Shown here: in pieces, positions 48,945-61,545 of the stretch
How the letters are laid out: each line of letters begins with the position of its first letter
Numbering within the stretch: the first letter of the stretch is position 1
Assembly (NCBI GenBank): GCA_043228905.1
Contig: JBHGNT010000001.1
Coordinates: 3,162,001-3,226,000 of the forward strand
DNA: 64,000 nucleotides
Source of the DNA: Azolla caroliniana
Lineage: Eukaryota; Plantae; Polypodiophyta
Direction of reading: 5' to 3'
Position numbers and translations under genes: made by a program
The notes under the pieces: generated by a model
What the model was told of the DNA's origin: nothing
The model's database searches: none
What the model saw: only the letters and a program-made list of their open reading frames with translations

Positions 48945-51408
48945 TCAAAATGCCTTATGCAGCTTAGTTTCTAACATTCTCTTCTGAACCCTTGAAACAT
49001 CAAACGACCTCTCTTTGGCTCGATGGGTATGTGAGGTAAGTGCATAAGGCGAATCTATTTCCAAGTCTAGCCTACTTGCTTGTTCGACTGCAAGCCTCCC
49101 TCGCTCTATATCACCATATGTGCAACATCCACCAAATAAACTTTTCCATATCAGAGCATTCGGTGGGAATGGCATGCTTTTGATAACATCCTCTGCCTTC
49201 TTAAGATGGCCAGATCTTGCATAAAGGTCTACCAAACAACCATAATGCCCAACACCTGGCACAATACCATGCACACCTTTCATGGAATCAAAAAACTGCA
49301 CACCCATTTCCACGAGACCCTCATGACTGCAAGCTGAAAGAACACTCATGAATGTAATCTCATTCGGTTTGACACCTTCTGCCAGCATTTTAGAGAAGAT
49401 GTTGAGTGCCTCCTTAGCAAATCCATGCTGAGCATAAGCTGCCATTAAAGCATTCCATGACATTACATCACGCTTTGGCATGTCGTCAAACACCATCTGA
49501 GCATCTTTCAAGCTTCCACATTTCCCATACATATTGATAAGAGCTGCTCCCACTGCTCTATTATCTGAGTCAAAACCTAACCTTCGTATAGAATCATGGA
49601 TCAATCTTCCCTCCTTAAGGTCAGAAAGAAGTGCACAAGCTCCAAGGGCACTCGCAAATGTAATTTCATCTGGCTTTATGCCACCTGATTGCATCTCCCG
49701 AAACAACTCCAAAGCCTCTACTCCATGCCCATTTTGTGCATAAGCGAAGATCATGACGGTCCACACATGAACACTGCGTTGATAAAGCATATCGAAAAGC
49801 TTCCTCGCATCCTCCAAGCGTTCACATTTAGTGTACATGTCAATCAAGGTTGTTCCGACAACCACGTCAGATTCAAGTCCTTGCTTTATAATCATGGCAT
49901 GGACACTTGCTCCATTTTCTAAATCAGCCACAGAGGCACAAGCTGAAATTATGGTGCTTAAAGTGAAGTCACTAGGCTTAAAGCCCAATTCTACCATTTG
50001 TTTGTAAAGTTCTAAAGCCTCATGGCCTAACCCATGTTGAGTATATGCGGCAATGATGGCATTCCATGACACAACATCATGATCAACCATTCTCATGAAC
50101 TCATTTGTAGCATCCTCTAGGCTCCCACATTTACTGTACATGCTTATAAGTGCATTACCGACAACAATGAGGTTTTCATAGCCAGTGTCCACAATGCCAG
50201 AATGCAGTATTCTCCCTTCACAAAGATTGGCTAAGACCGAAGAAGCTTCCAGAAGAGAAAGAAAGGTAACACAATCTGGTAGAAATCCTTCCTCTTTCAT
50301 TTTCTCGTATGTGCAAAAAGCGTCAACCAAAAGCCGTAGGTGGACTTGTAAGCCAATCATCGAATTCCAAGCAACCACGTCTCGTTCTTGCAACTTATTG
50401 AACACTCTCAGTGCATCATCCATGGATTTACACCTCCCATACATGTTCATTAAGACTGTTCCAATTACCAAATCTGACTCAAATCCATATGCAATGGCAC
50501 AAGAATGTACATATCTCCCATTCAGTAATTCAGATTCATTCTCACAAGAATTCAAAATCGTGATAACCGTAACCTCATTTACTCCTTCATCCAATTCATG
50601 CATCTGATGAAAGAGTAATTGAGCTTTCTCTGTCTGTCCATGACTTACGTATGCAGAGATCATGATGTTCCATGAACATGCTGTCCTCTCTGGCATTTGA
50701 TCAAACACGGCACGAGCATGTTGTAATACACCGCATCTATCGTACATTTGGATGAGTAAATTCCAAAGAAACAGAACACTTCCGAGTCCATATGCAACCA
50801 TGTGGGTGTGCACTAATTTTCCTAGAGATAACGATTTTGTTTCTCCACAACATCTTACCAGATTCACGTATATTTGAATATCAATCAAAATACCATGTTG
50901 GTAGAGATTATCCACAAGATCCTTCAACGTATCCTGCCAAACAAATACCTTCTATTAAGGCTTCTTGACTGGAGTTTGGAAGGCGAAACACTATTTAAAC
51001 AATTTAATCGATTAAAAAAAATACTGAATTTATTAAAAATCTTAGGTAATTACTGGAGCAACTGATTTTCTTTGGCACGAAACTAGAACATACAAGCCTT
51101 CTTCAGTACCTTACCAGCACATATTTTCCAAATTAATAAAGACAATGGATTCATACCTTACCAACCCTAATTACTGGTTGAGAATGAGAACCATCTTGAG
51201 ATTCAGACACAGAGAGATCAAAACCTCTGTTGGTACCGAGCAGATATTGGTCACTACTATCCGACTTCACGCTCTGTTTGAGGTTCCCTGAACCTTCTGT
51301 GTGGAAGGATACATGGGTTCTAGCTATGGCAGCAGTTCGAATGGAAGGATCGGCCCTGTTCCATGTGAGATAGACGCCGCCGGAGGCACCACCACACAGT
51401 GTCTCCAT
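48945..51408 (-). CDS. PLS-E class PPR protein (organellar RNA editing factor without DYW), 2 exons, ~746 aa
   Basis: Exon 1 51157-51408 (METLCGG..., AAG|GTATGA) joins in phase 0 to exon 2 48945-50933 (cag|GAT ACG TTG). PLS repeats, then 'HYGCLVDLYARSGHL', 'MPFPPNALIWKSLFGGC'. No PG box or HxE motif. Confidence 0.92.
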
Positions 51409-51739
51409 GCCGGCATAGAGGCGAGCAGACGGGCGTATTTGGGGAATTTACCGAAATACCCCTCCCACGTATTTTGGAATTCCCTAAATACCCTTGCCTC
51501 TTCTCCTCCTCCCCCTCTTCTCCTTCTTTCAATAAAAGTTGTGTGTGTGTATCCAGATTCCAAACAACATCACAATCAATCCATACATACAAAAACTTGT
51601 CACCCATTCCCATACAACTCCGAGGACCTTATGGCAAGCTAAACCATCTAAGATGTTGTAAGACTAGCTTATTGACATAATTGTAGCTCTTCTAAAGGAC
51701 AAGGCGCATCTAGGAAATTTCCACATCAATTTTCTTTTA

Positions 51740-52330
51740 ATCCTAGATACATGTTTTGGTACCTCGAACGAGAACCCATTTCTCTTCTTCCCATTGTACC
51801 ATGGCTCCAAACAAATAAGGTTGTCAAACATGATTTTATATGATGTGGAATGTAAATATCAAAGTTGTGACTAGATGGGTGACAAAGCCTCCTAGTGAGA
51901 ACCCGTTTCTCTTCTTCCGATTATATCATGGCCCCAAACAAATATCATAGACAAACATGACCTTATATGATGTGGAATATAAATATCAAAGTTGTGAGTA
52001 GAAGGGGTGACAAATTTTCCCACATGGCAATCCATATGGGTTGCAAATCCTGAAGAGTCGAGACATAACAACCCATATGGCATTAGCAATTGGGCATTTA
52101 AGGAATACATAGCCCATCTTATATGCATTGGCATTTGAAGCAATCAATACAAATTCTCACTCTCCCTTGTTCCTTGCATAAGTGTGCCAACAAGAACTGT
52201 AGGTTTGAATAGAGTTGGATCGTGACATCATCGATATTGTTGTTACAAGAGAAACTAAAACTCGTAGTGGCATCCCTCCTCCATATGATTCTCTTATTAA
52301 GTGTGGATGTAACCATTCTTAAATCAATAC
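51740..52330 (-). mobile_element. Decayed LINE 3' fragment with an internal ~128-bp duplication
   Basis: Minus strand gives 'YVFLKCPIANAIW' (zf-RVT-like) and 'WYNGKKRNGFSF'. Duplicated block at ~51771-51886 and ~51898-52014. Confidence 0.5.
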
Positions 52331-52772
52331 ACTATGAGCTCGTTCATGGAAGAAAAGTGTTCTTTACTAGATGAGTACGTTTGATAAAATGATATGATAA
52401 TGGGCCCAAGTTAGGGTTCAGTTTTAGATGGCTAAATAATATATAAACACAATGCTTTTCATAATGTGTTGTTATGCGAGTTCTTTGTACTTTAGTGTGA
52501 GATCATGTCCATTAACCATTTGATTCTAAAAAACTAGTTTAAAACTCCACGACCCAAAGGTTTAAATCAATAAGAATTGTTCTTTTATCAATCCATGTAC
52601 CAACCATGAATTCTAACCTTCTTCGATTATTACAAAACAACAACCACGTGCCACACATGTTTAATATTTGTGGAGATACCAAAGCCAAACATGTAAGCAC
52701 ATAAAGAATTTGAATCATGGTTATGACAATGTAGAAGTGATTATCTCATATATGAATGAAATCATTGCGAGG

Positions 52773-53564
52773 TGTTATCCGTGGGACAAATAAGAACAAA
52801 GGTGTGAAAAAGGATTGTAAAAGTAAAGTGTGAAAGGGGATGAGTAGGACAAGCGTGAAGATACCCGAGCACTCGCAACCGAGGGGGAAAGTAACCAAAA
52901 TACATGAGTCGAGGATTAGGAGAGAGTAGTTGAAGCACGACAAGAAGAGAGAAAGCTATATAAATCGTAAAGTAACAGAAGGAAAGGGAGACAGAAAATA
53001 TCCTTATTTCAAGCCAGAGTGACTAAGTTTAGATTCAAGATTTGTATTTAGAGAGAGCGTGACCAAATTGAATCGGTCTGTACTACCGTTGTAATTACTC
53101 TATTCAATAATCAATACATATACTTTTTGGGTCAAACTATGTGCTTGTCTCATCTTAATCCTATTTATGATTTTGTTAATCTAACGTATAAGTCGTGAGC
53201 ACAGATCGGTTGTAGATGATTCCCATGTAACGTTTCGGCCCTACCTTAGTCTCCTACGCAACCACGATTCCTTGACCCAATTACTCAAGGGTAGCGATCG
53301 AAGGTGTTTCTCCAAGAGGGAGATAACACAATTTGGCATGCCCGATGGGACAATGCATTGCACGTCAAAACCACAAAGCCCATGCCAAAAACTCATTGAC
53401 CGGAACTCCATCAGTCTTCTCTTCTCTCATCAGTCGGAAATCCCTCGATCGGAACATTGCTCTACGATCGATAACTTCGATCGAAACTAACTTGACACGA
53501 ACCTTCTCATTCGGTCAAGATACCACGTGATTGGATCACACACCAATTGGCTCGTCCACTGTGG
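52773..53564 (+). mobile_element. Probable LTR remnant followed by a PBS-like sequence (Gypsy/Tat-like)
   Basis: Begins TGTT (52773), has a TATA-like 'ctatataaat' (~52956), ends CA (~53545), then 'TTGGCTCGTCCACTGTGG', which resembles Tat-lineage primer-binding sites. No partner LTR in the window. Confidence 0.45.
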
Positions 53565-53639
53565 TAAAGTCGCTTAGATTTAAAAATGATTTTGGGTGTA
53601 TGCGTATTTTTTCTTTATTAGCTTGAGTGGTGATGAGTT

Positions 53640-53820
53640 TTTGTACCCTTAAGTTTTTGAAATTCTACGTCGTACCCCTCAGTTTTTTAAATTTATTGAT
53701 TGCCCTTATGAAATTTAGGCATGTGCCCTCCTATTTTCAAATTTTGATTGTCTGACCTCTGAGTTTTTGAAATTATTTCATTGCCCTCGAGCTTCTGAAA
53801 TGCTTGATGATGCCCTTATT
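53640..53820. repeat. Degenerate ~29-bp tandem repeats, MULE-terminus-like
   Basis: Recurring 'ccct....gtttttgaaatt' units. Confidence 0.5.
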
Positions 53821-54539
53821 TTTCTTCTTCTCTGTTCTTTGAAATATAGAAGAGGGAGCCAATTATATTTCAGCAAAATCACGTGCAAGGAAGTTGTATG
53901 CTCTAACAAACTCCAAAGTCTCTATAAAACGAATGTATTAGCAAAATAACAAAATAATAAAGCACTCGCTCGACAAGGAGGAAAACACACATCTTTTATT
54001 TGAATGTATCATCCATGTTTACATGTGCCGAAACACACACATTTATATAAAAGTATGATGTTTGAACCAACCAAACATCAAAAGAAAAGTCATGGGTATG
54101 TTCATATTTTGATGGAAAACTCATGCTAGTGGTTGCCGTCACCGACTACCCTGCTTCTCCACCAATATGTGAAATGCACATAAAGAGAATCGAAACCAAC
54201 TTGCTTAGCTTCTTACTTCTTGCTCAATTTATAGTAGATACAAAGGTAACCATTTGGGTTGGCTTTAGCTACATGCATGCTAAAGGGTGGCACGAAGGAA
54301 CACATGTACACCACAACATGAAGGCAGGAAGGCGTGCACTTGCACCAAAGGGACACCACAATATACATATCTATAAACGATATTAGTTGTCTTTGTCGGT
54401 CGATATAACAAGTTGATTTGACATTAGATTCGCATGCTTGCTTATTAAAGTTGATAAAGGTCATGGATTCAAGCATGTATTCATTAAGGGGCAGTGTTAA
54501 TCAATAAAATAGAATGATCCCGTGTGATGATAAGCCGAG

Positions 54540-54990
54540 TCAAATAATTCCAATGTTTCTCCCTCAATGGTGTTACTTGGTGACCCAAATGCATCTCCAT
54601 GTGGTTGAAGTATGGGATGGTAGCATCTTTAAGTCTAGCTGGAAAGTGTTTGGAAATGCTGACAAATATTTATTTCAAATGTTTCTCAATTTGAAGGTAC
54701 ATATGCAACATATCATGAGTTAGCCTCAACTATGTAACTTGGAGACGGTCATGTATTACATACTTAAGATTATAAAAACCTTACATTAACCTCCTAAAAT
54801 TGCATTGAAAGGCACATAAAAATATATAAGATGGCACACAAAGCGAAATAATATGTTATGAATGAATATAATATACAAGGAGATTGTCAAGATAGGAGAC
54901 ATGACACTTTGCTTCATGATGCCTTGAAAGAGTCCTGATTCCTTGCCGAATAAGGGGGACTTTTCTTTTGTGTAGTCAATGTATCATGGC
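54540..54990 (+). mobile_element. Decayed L1-like RT fragment
   Basis: Plus-strand 'LKYGMVASLSLAGKCL' matches the W....LSLAGR motif of L1 ORF2. Confidence 0.45.
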
Positions 54991-56369
54991 TTAGGAGAGC
55001 TTGTGAAGGTTCACAAACGAACATACACATACATATTTTGCGTCAAACACGATGTCACATTATAGTACAAATGCTTCTCATTCAACTTTGCTTTCTCCGC
55101 ATTTTTTTCGCAGTGGCTTGTCCATATGTGCCCATTGTCCCTTATATGATTCCTTCTAATGTAAATTATTATTGTTTTTCTCCTAAAGACATAGTATGTC
55201 TATTTATCAAAATTGTTAAGACGAATCATTTAAATGGCTTATACAAACTTTATGCAAAGTAGGGAACCCTTATTTTAGATGTAAGAATATTTACACCAAA
55301 GGCATGAAATAGACATGCACATAAGGAAAACACTATTATAATCTACATTACCAATTAATATAATAATATTAAAAACTCACAATGTCTACTTTAGAGACAA
55401 CTTCATAAACTCACTTTGCACATATTGTCGAGAGAACGAAAAAACAATATAGAAAGAAACCTTCATCTGACAAAGCTAAAGGGAGCAAACCTTCATTATA
55501 TTCCAAAGTGTAATAATAGACATTCAACGAGGCGAGAGGAGCTCTTCCAAAACTTGAGGAGCCAATGAGTTATATCATAGATTCCGATTCCACCAAAGCA
55601 CACAAACTCTTAGTTTCTCCTTAAAAGATCGCATTGAGAATTTGCTTCCATAAGTCAAGTGTAGAAGAGATTGGCATTTCCCCCCCCCCCCCCCCTCCCC
55701 CCCCACACACACATAATAAGCATTACTTTTCAAGCCAAGGTCAGGGGTTTCTACCTATCTACTCATTGTAGATCTAATTTAGGTTCCAAGGTTAGATTAT
55801 GGAAGTGTGTATGTACCTAGTGCTCATGCTTTAGAAGCCCTCTAGCTAGAAAGGGAGGCATTTTTGTCACCAATCTCGTGGATGGATTCACTTATCTCCT
55901 CATATGTGTATCGGAGGGGGACATGCACCATTGGACTTGCGTCCACCCCGATAATAACGTGCAACACATCAAACATAACCTCTAAATTGCCTTTTTTATT
56001 AATGACCTGCCGGGCCTACAAAATGAATGGCTTTACACATGGTAATAACAAAGGGGCCTCGAATGCAAGATAGCAAAGCATGTGCCAATTTTGTTCGGGG
56101 AAGACAAAAGTAATGAAGTGCCATACGTGTATGGATTCCGAGTCAATGGAGCAGGCATCAGTCGGGAACAAGTGTAGATGGAAGACAAGATACACCCGGC
56201 AATGATTTGGGTGGGTGGTGGGCGGACAACGGGAGGGGACTCCACCCCTCTTGTTTATTTTTTCTTCCTTCTCAGTCTGCCTCTCTCTTCACTTTGGGAC
56301 ACAACCTGGGAGACCCAGAAAAACAAAACAAACAAAAATTGAAGAAATAAGAATTCGGTATTGTCCACT

Positions 56370-56487
56370 CACCCCCCCCCCCCCCCCCTCTCTCTTTCTC
56401 TGTCACAACACACACACACACACACCCCACTTCACTGTGTGACAGAGATGGATGGATGGGGACTGGAGAAGACGAAGCAGAAGACGA

Positions 56488-56542
<55 letters not shown>

Positions 56543-56859
56543 AGGGAGGAAGAGAGAGAGAGAGAGAAAGAGAATGAGGGAGAGAGAAAGAAAAGAAGAA
56601 GAAGAAGAGGAAGAGGAAGAGGAAGAGGAGGGAGGAGGGAGGAGGAGGAAAAGATAAGCTTTTCCAAGGGTCGAGGAGCCAATGGATTTCTGAGTCCATC
56701 AGAAGCCACAGCCATCGATCCCTCCTCCCCCCCCCATCCATCCATCCATCCCCATTCATTTGCCCAGTCCACAAGCGGAGCTGAAGACGAAGAACACCAC
56801 ACATTCTCTCTGCACCAGCTGCTGTAGCAGCAGCAGAAGCAGCAGCAGAAGAAGAGGTA

Positions 56860-56892
<33 letters not shown>

Positions 56893-56920
56893 CCCCCCCC
56901 CCCCCCCCCCCCCCCCTTTT
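56370..56920. repeat. Microsatellite-rich promoter/5' UTR of the RER gene (poly-C, (CA)n, (GA)n, (GAA)n, (CT)n)
   Basis: Directly visible. A putative UTR-intron donor 'gaagag|gtactc' lies at ~56857 and an acceptor 'cacag|' at ~58408. Confidence 0.8.
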
Positions 56921-58460
56921 ACATATTCCCGCAGACATGATTAAGGACACTTGATCCTCTTCTGCCTTTTGTTTTTTTATCTCCATCCTTTCATAAGGCC
57001 TTCAGATGTGTCTCAAATGTCTACATTTCTTCATCTCCTCCTCCTACTAGCCTAACATTGAAGTCCATCATCATTCATAGACATTTGTTACATATACTTG
57101 TTTCTGTTTCTGCATCCCTTCGTAACGCCTTTTGACGTGTTGCTAGCTATCACTATATCTGCATTGCCTCACGTCATGATGATACTACTTAACTAACAGT
57201 CAATTTCATCATCATTCATCCATCACAAAATGCCGGCTTTCGTGGTAATGTAACAGTGATTTTCTTCCTTCGTGGATCTCAAAATGATTGATTTCATGGG
57301 AAAGGCTTGGTCTTTCCATCCCTTACTAAGGTCTTTGGATCTGCTAGTAATGGTCAATATAATGTCTCCATATTGCACACGTAGAAGTACCATTTCCCCA
57401 TGATCCTTCTGTGTTATAATGTCGAACCATAACAATTAGAAATGTTTTACGACATCCTTTGCCTTTTGTTTATGTTCCTCTGTTGTTTTAGTGGAAATGA
57501 TCAGAATATCTCCACTGCACAATTGTTTCTGTGTTTTTCCCTACGTTTTTAGGGCAAGTGATAATGGTAAGAAGTAGAATAATTTAAATGTAGTCTTTTC
57601 CTTCTCATTTTGTTCGGTTTTCTATTTTAAGAAGTGTTGGTGATGCTTATACTACCTCCATTTCACTTGTAAAATCTTTGATTCCGTATTTCCTTCTTTC
57701 TTCCACCTTTGAAGGCGAGATAGTTTTTCTACATAATTTTCCTTTTCTTTATGTTTGATTTTCTGTTTCTTTTCAGCTCATTCCTTTCTATAATATCTTT
57801 CGATCTTCTGGAAATAACCGCCATATCTCCATTGCATGCTTTCATGGTAATCTATGTTTTTCGCCCCCCTGGTAATGATACAAATTTACCCATTTTGCAC
57901 TTGTAAAACTCCTGTCCAGTCTTTTCCTGTTGCTTCTTCTATGTTTGAACATGGGAAAGATCGACTTCAGTATTTTCTTATATTCTTCGACTCTTAAAGA
58001 GTATTTTTCTTTTTCATTATGACTGGTTGTCTGTCTCTGTCTTGGTCCCTTTCCTTTCTAAGATATTCAGATCTGTTGGAAGCAATTATAATATCTCCAT
58101 TTTGCACTCCTAAAAACTCTGATACAGTTTTTTTTCCTGTGTATTCTCTTACATGAATATAAGATCCTATGAAGTAGAAACGTTTTGATACATACTTTTC
58201 ATTTTCTTTATCTTTGGTTGTCTGTTCTCATTGCTTCCATCCATTTTAAAGTCTTTAGATCCATATTAGACTTGTATATTGGGTTCCATGCTGTTTTTTC
58301 TGTGTCTTCTTCTACATTTGAAGGAAATCAAAATGAATAGAATTGTATTAAATATTTTACTTCATTCTCTTTATTTTTGGTTATCTGTTTCTTTTGGCTT
58401 ATTCACAGGTTTAATGCATCTCAACAATTCAAAGCTCAGTATCTTCTAAAGCGATCAGTG

Positions 58461-61400
58461 ATGGCTCTCAATCTGACGACACTGCAACTATCAGCTGTCA
58501 TTGGTCTACCCTCATCTACTCAGTCATCGTCTTTCAGCATTTCACTTCCAAAGGCAACATGCAAGCTTCCAATCACCTATGCCTCATCAGGCGAAACCAA
58601 AATTACTAAGAAAACACAGTTTCCCATGTCACATGCTTCATTCCTTGCAAAAGGGGATATGCCTTGGGAGTATGCTTCCTGTAAGTCTCAGATATCAGAG
58701 CTCAGTTGTGGTGCTGCTTCAGTGGATTCTCCAGCTGAACTTTCAAGTGGGGATGATGGGGGTGATGATGGAGGTGATGATGGTGTTGGCAATAGTGGTG
58801 GAAGTGGTAGTGGTGGTGGAGATGGAGGTGAAAGTGAAGATTCAGAGGGAAATGACTACCAGAAAAACCGTATGGACTCGATACTAAAATTAGTAAGTCT
58901 CGGAAAAGTGATGGCTGATCTCCCTGCAGACTTGTCTTCGGCAGTGCAACAAGGGAGGATCCCAGCAACAATTGTTGGTCGATACTTTGAGCTCCAAGAT
59001 AATGGGTTTATTCGCTGGTTGCTGCAATTCGGAGGTTTTAGAGAGAGGCTTCTTGCTGATGATCTCTTCCTTACAAAAGTTGCAATTGAATGTGGGGTTG
59101 GCATCTTTACAAAGGTGCAATTTAGCATGCATTTTTTTGAAGCATTTTCATTGTGATTTATGTGGCACCTTTACAATAGACTGGCTCATTTGTCAATATC
59201 ATGCCAGACTGCAGCAGAATTGGGTAAACGTGGAGACAACTTCTCAAAGGAATTGGATTTTGTGTTAGCAGATGTGGTAATGCATTTATTATCATGACTT
59301 TCTCTGTAAGGCTTATGTCTGTTATCAACTAACTATTGGTTTTCCCTTTTAATGCTGTTGTGACTTCTGTTTTGTGACTCATCTTCCCTTTATTTCTCTG
59401 ATGTCCTCCTATCAGTTGGGATTGGTTTGGCCTGGAGGGCAACATCCCTGTTGATAGGTTTTGCAAGGAAAGATTTGCGCTTGTAATGGAACTTGTGTAT
59501 TTGTATGGTTTTATATAATCGCACCTTCAAAGAAAGTGACACTGAAAGTCTCAGACAGACAAGTGTCATATCATTTTCTGCTGCCGATTATCTGATGCCA
59601 GCATGACCAATTCATTCTTTATTAGATTCATAGGGGGTGCTTTGTCCACTAGCACTTCTTTCATTGGATTAGTTAATGGCCATACATATGGTTGGTTGCT
59701 AATGATATGCTTAACTTTTTGCATCATTGACATATTCACCTCTTTGTTCTCTCTTCGTTTGCCTCAGCTCAAGCCTAACATTCTTGTGCTAAGATTATTA
59801 AGTTTGATTGTTTTGTTCACTTCAAGCCGTCTACTAATCACTGCTAACCGTTAGTTGTTTTCACACATCCATGCATTAAATTGTTGATTCCCTACACATA
59901 AGAATTGTCTTGTCAATTTGTGGGGATGTGTGTACTGTGTGTGTGGAGCTTAGATATATGGTAGGGAGTGTGGATGTATAACGTTATGATGGGGGTTGTA
60001 CCTTGAGGATCATGGATCTCTAGTTGTGTTGCATGTAACCTGAAAATAATCAAGAAGCGAGGTCTGAAGTTTTACGTCGTAATGCTATATTTCAACAATT
60101 TTGTATAGGAACTTCCTAGTATATTCTTTCTTCTTTTGTATTATTCTTGTTCTTATTTCAACAGAAAGTCACATTGTTTTACTTACATATGTCATGCCTG
60201 GTAACCTGGAGTTTTTCGTGTTAAGAATGGCAGCATGACTCTTATGTGTGAATTAAAAGCCTTATGTTATTTCCAAATTTGTATACAGCATACTGGCTGC
60301 ATGAATGTACAGTGTTTGCAATTATACGTGCTGAAATTAACATATTTCTCAAGCATATGGCATAGTAAATACATCATTTGATATGCAACCTGCATAGCAT
60401 TTTCTCTCATTCGTGATTCTACTATATAAACAATAAATACATCACTTGATGCGTAACCAGCATATCGTTTTCTATCCTGGCATATTTTGGGCTTGCCTAA
60501 AAGGTTTGTTCCATAATTACTTTGATTGAGCCACATTTGATCTGCAGGTCATGGCCTTAATTGCTGACTTCATGTTAGTGTGGCTTCCTGCACCAACTGT
60601 TGCATTGCGACCAATTTCTAAAGGGGCTGGCGGAATTGCAACGTTCTTTTATGGATGTCCTGACAATGCATTTCAGGTTAAAGCAGATCCCAGCTATTAA
60701 TTCCTAAATCTGTATAGAATAACATAATACTGTGATATAATCTTGTTGCAGGTTGCATTACGAGGAACATCATACTCCCTTTTACAACGCATTGGAGCCA
60801 TTGTGGTATGTAAATTGTGGGCCTCACTAACTATACATTTCCAACACTATGAACAAAATCTCATTTGAAGGAACCTTTTTCACAGCGTAATGGTGGAAAG
60901 CTATTGGTGGTTGGGACATCTGCATCATTGGTCAGTTTTATTTTCCACAACCAAATTTCTTGTTCACTATACAGATCCTATCAATGACGTGAATGCCTCA
61001 ATATTACAGATTGGAACAGGAGTAACAAATGCTCTCATTGCTCTAAGGAAAACCTTTGACAAGGACTTTGCGGGGACTGCAGAGGATGTTCCTGTCATCT
61101 CAACAAGTTTAGCATATGGTGTATACATGGCAGTGTCGAGCAACTTGAGGTCTCCTGCCACATGCATCCAAACTTGTTCTATTATTAGCAAATAGTGAAG
61201 TAAACTATTATAGAAAATCATGATCCTAAAATGGCCTGAACTCTGACTAAAATGGGCTGACCACTGTGACAGGTACCAAGTTGTTGCTGGAGTGATAGAG
61301 CAGAGGATGTTGGAACCCTGGCTACACAACCAAAAATTAGCACTCAGTGTACTTTGCTTTGCAGTAAGAACAGGGAACACATTTTTGGGCTCCTTAATGT

Positions 61401-61545
61401 GAGTGTTGATCACAATCTCGTCGTTTGATGTCCTGTAAATTCCATGTTCTTTCCATATTTTGCATCTTATATGTGTATTCTCTTGCTTATATTTAGGTGG
61501 GTGGATTACGCACGCTTTGTTGGTGTCCAAAAGATTCGAGAGTAA
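58461..61545 (+). CDS. RETICULATA-RELATED (DUF3411) plastid envelope protein, RER4-like, 8 coding exons
   Basis: Transit-like N-terminus and Gly/Asp-rich linker, then 'LPADL...GGFRERLLADDLFLTKVAIECGVGIFTK|TAAE..KR...F.KELDFV.ADV|VMA.IADFMLVWLPAPT|CPDNAFQ|YGVYMAVSSNLR|YQ..AGVIEQR|VRTGNTFLGSLM|WVDYAR'. Exons at about 58461-59114, 59208-59276, 60548-60676, 60752-60805, 60886-60930, 61010-61149, 61273-61398 and 61497-61545. Confidence 0.93.

Noticed and set aside
56272-56986. Several 70-200 aa ORFs (poly-ER, poly-SL)
   Set aside because: They are translations of GA/CT microsatellites in a promoter/UTR.
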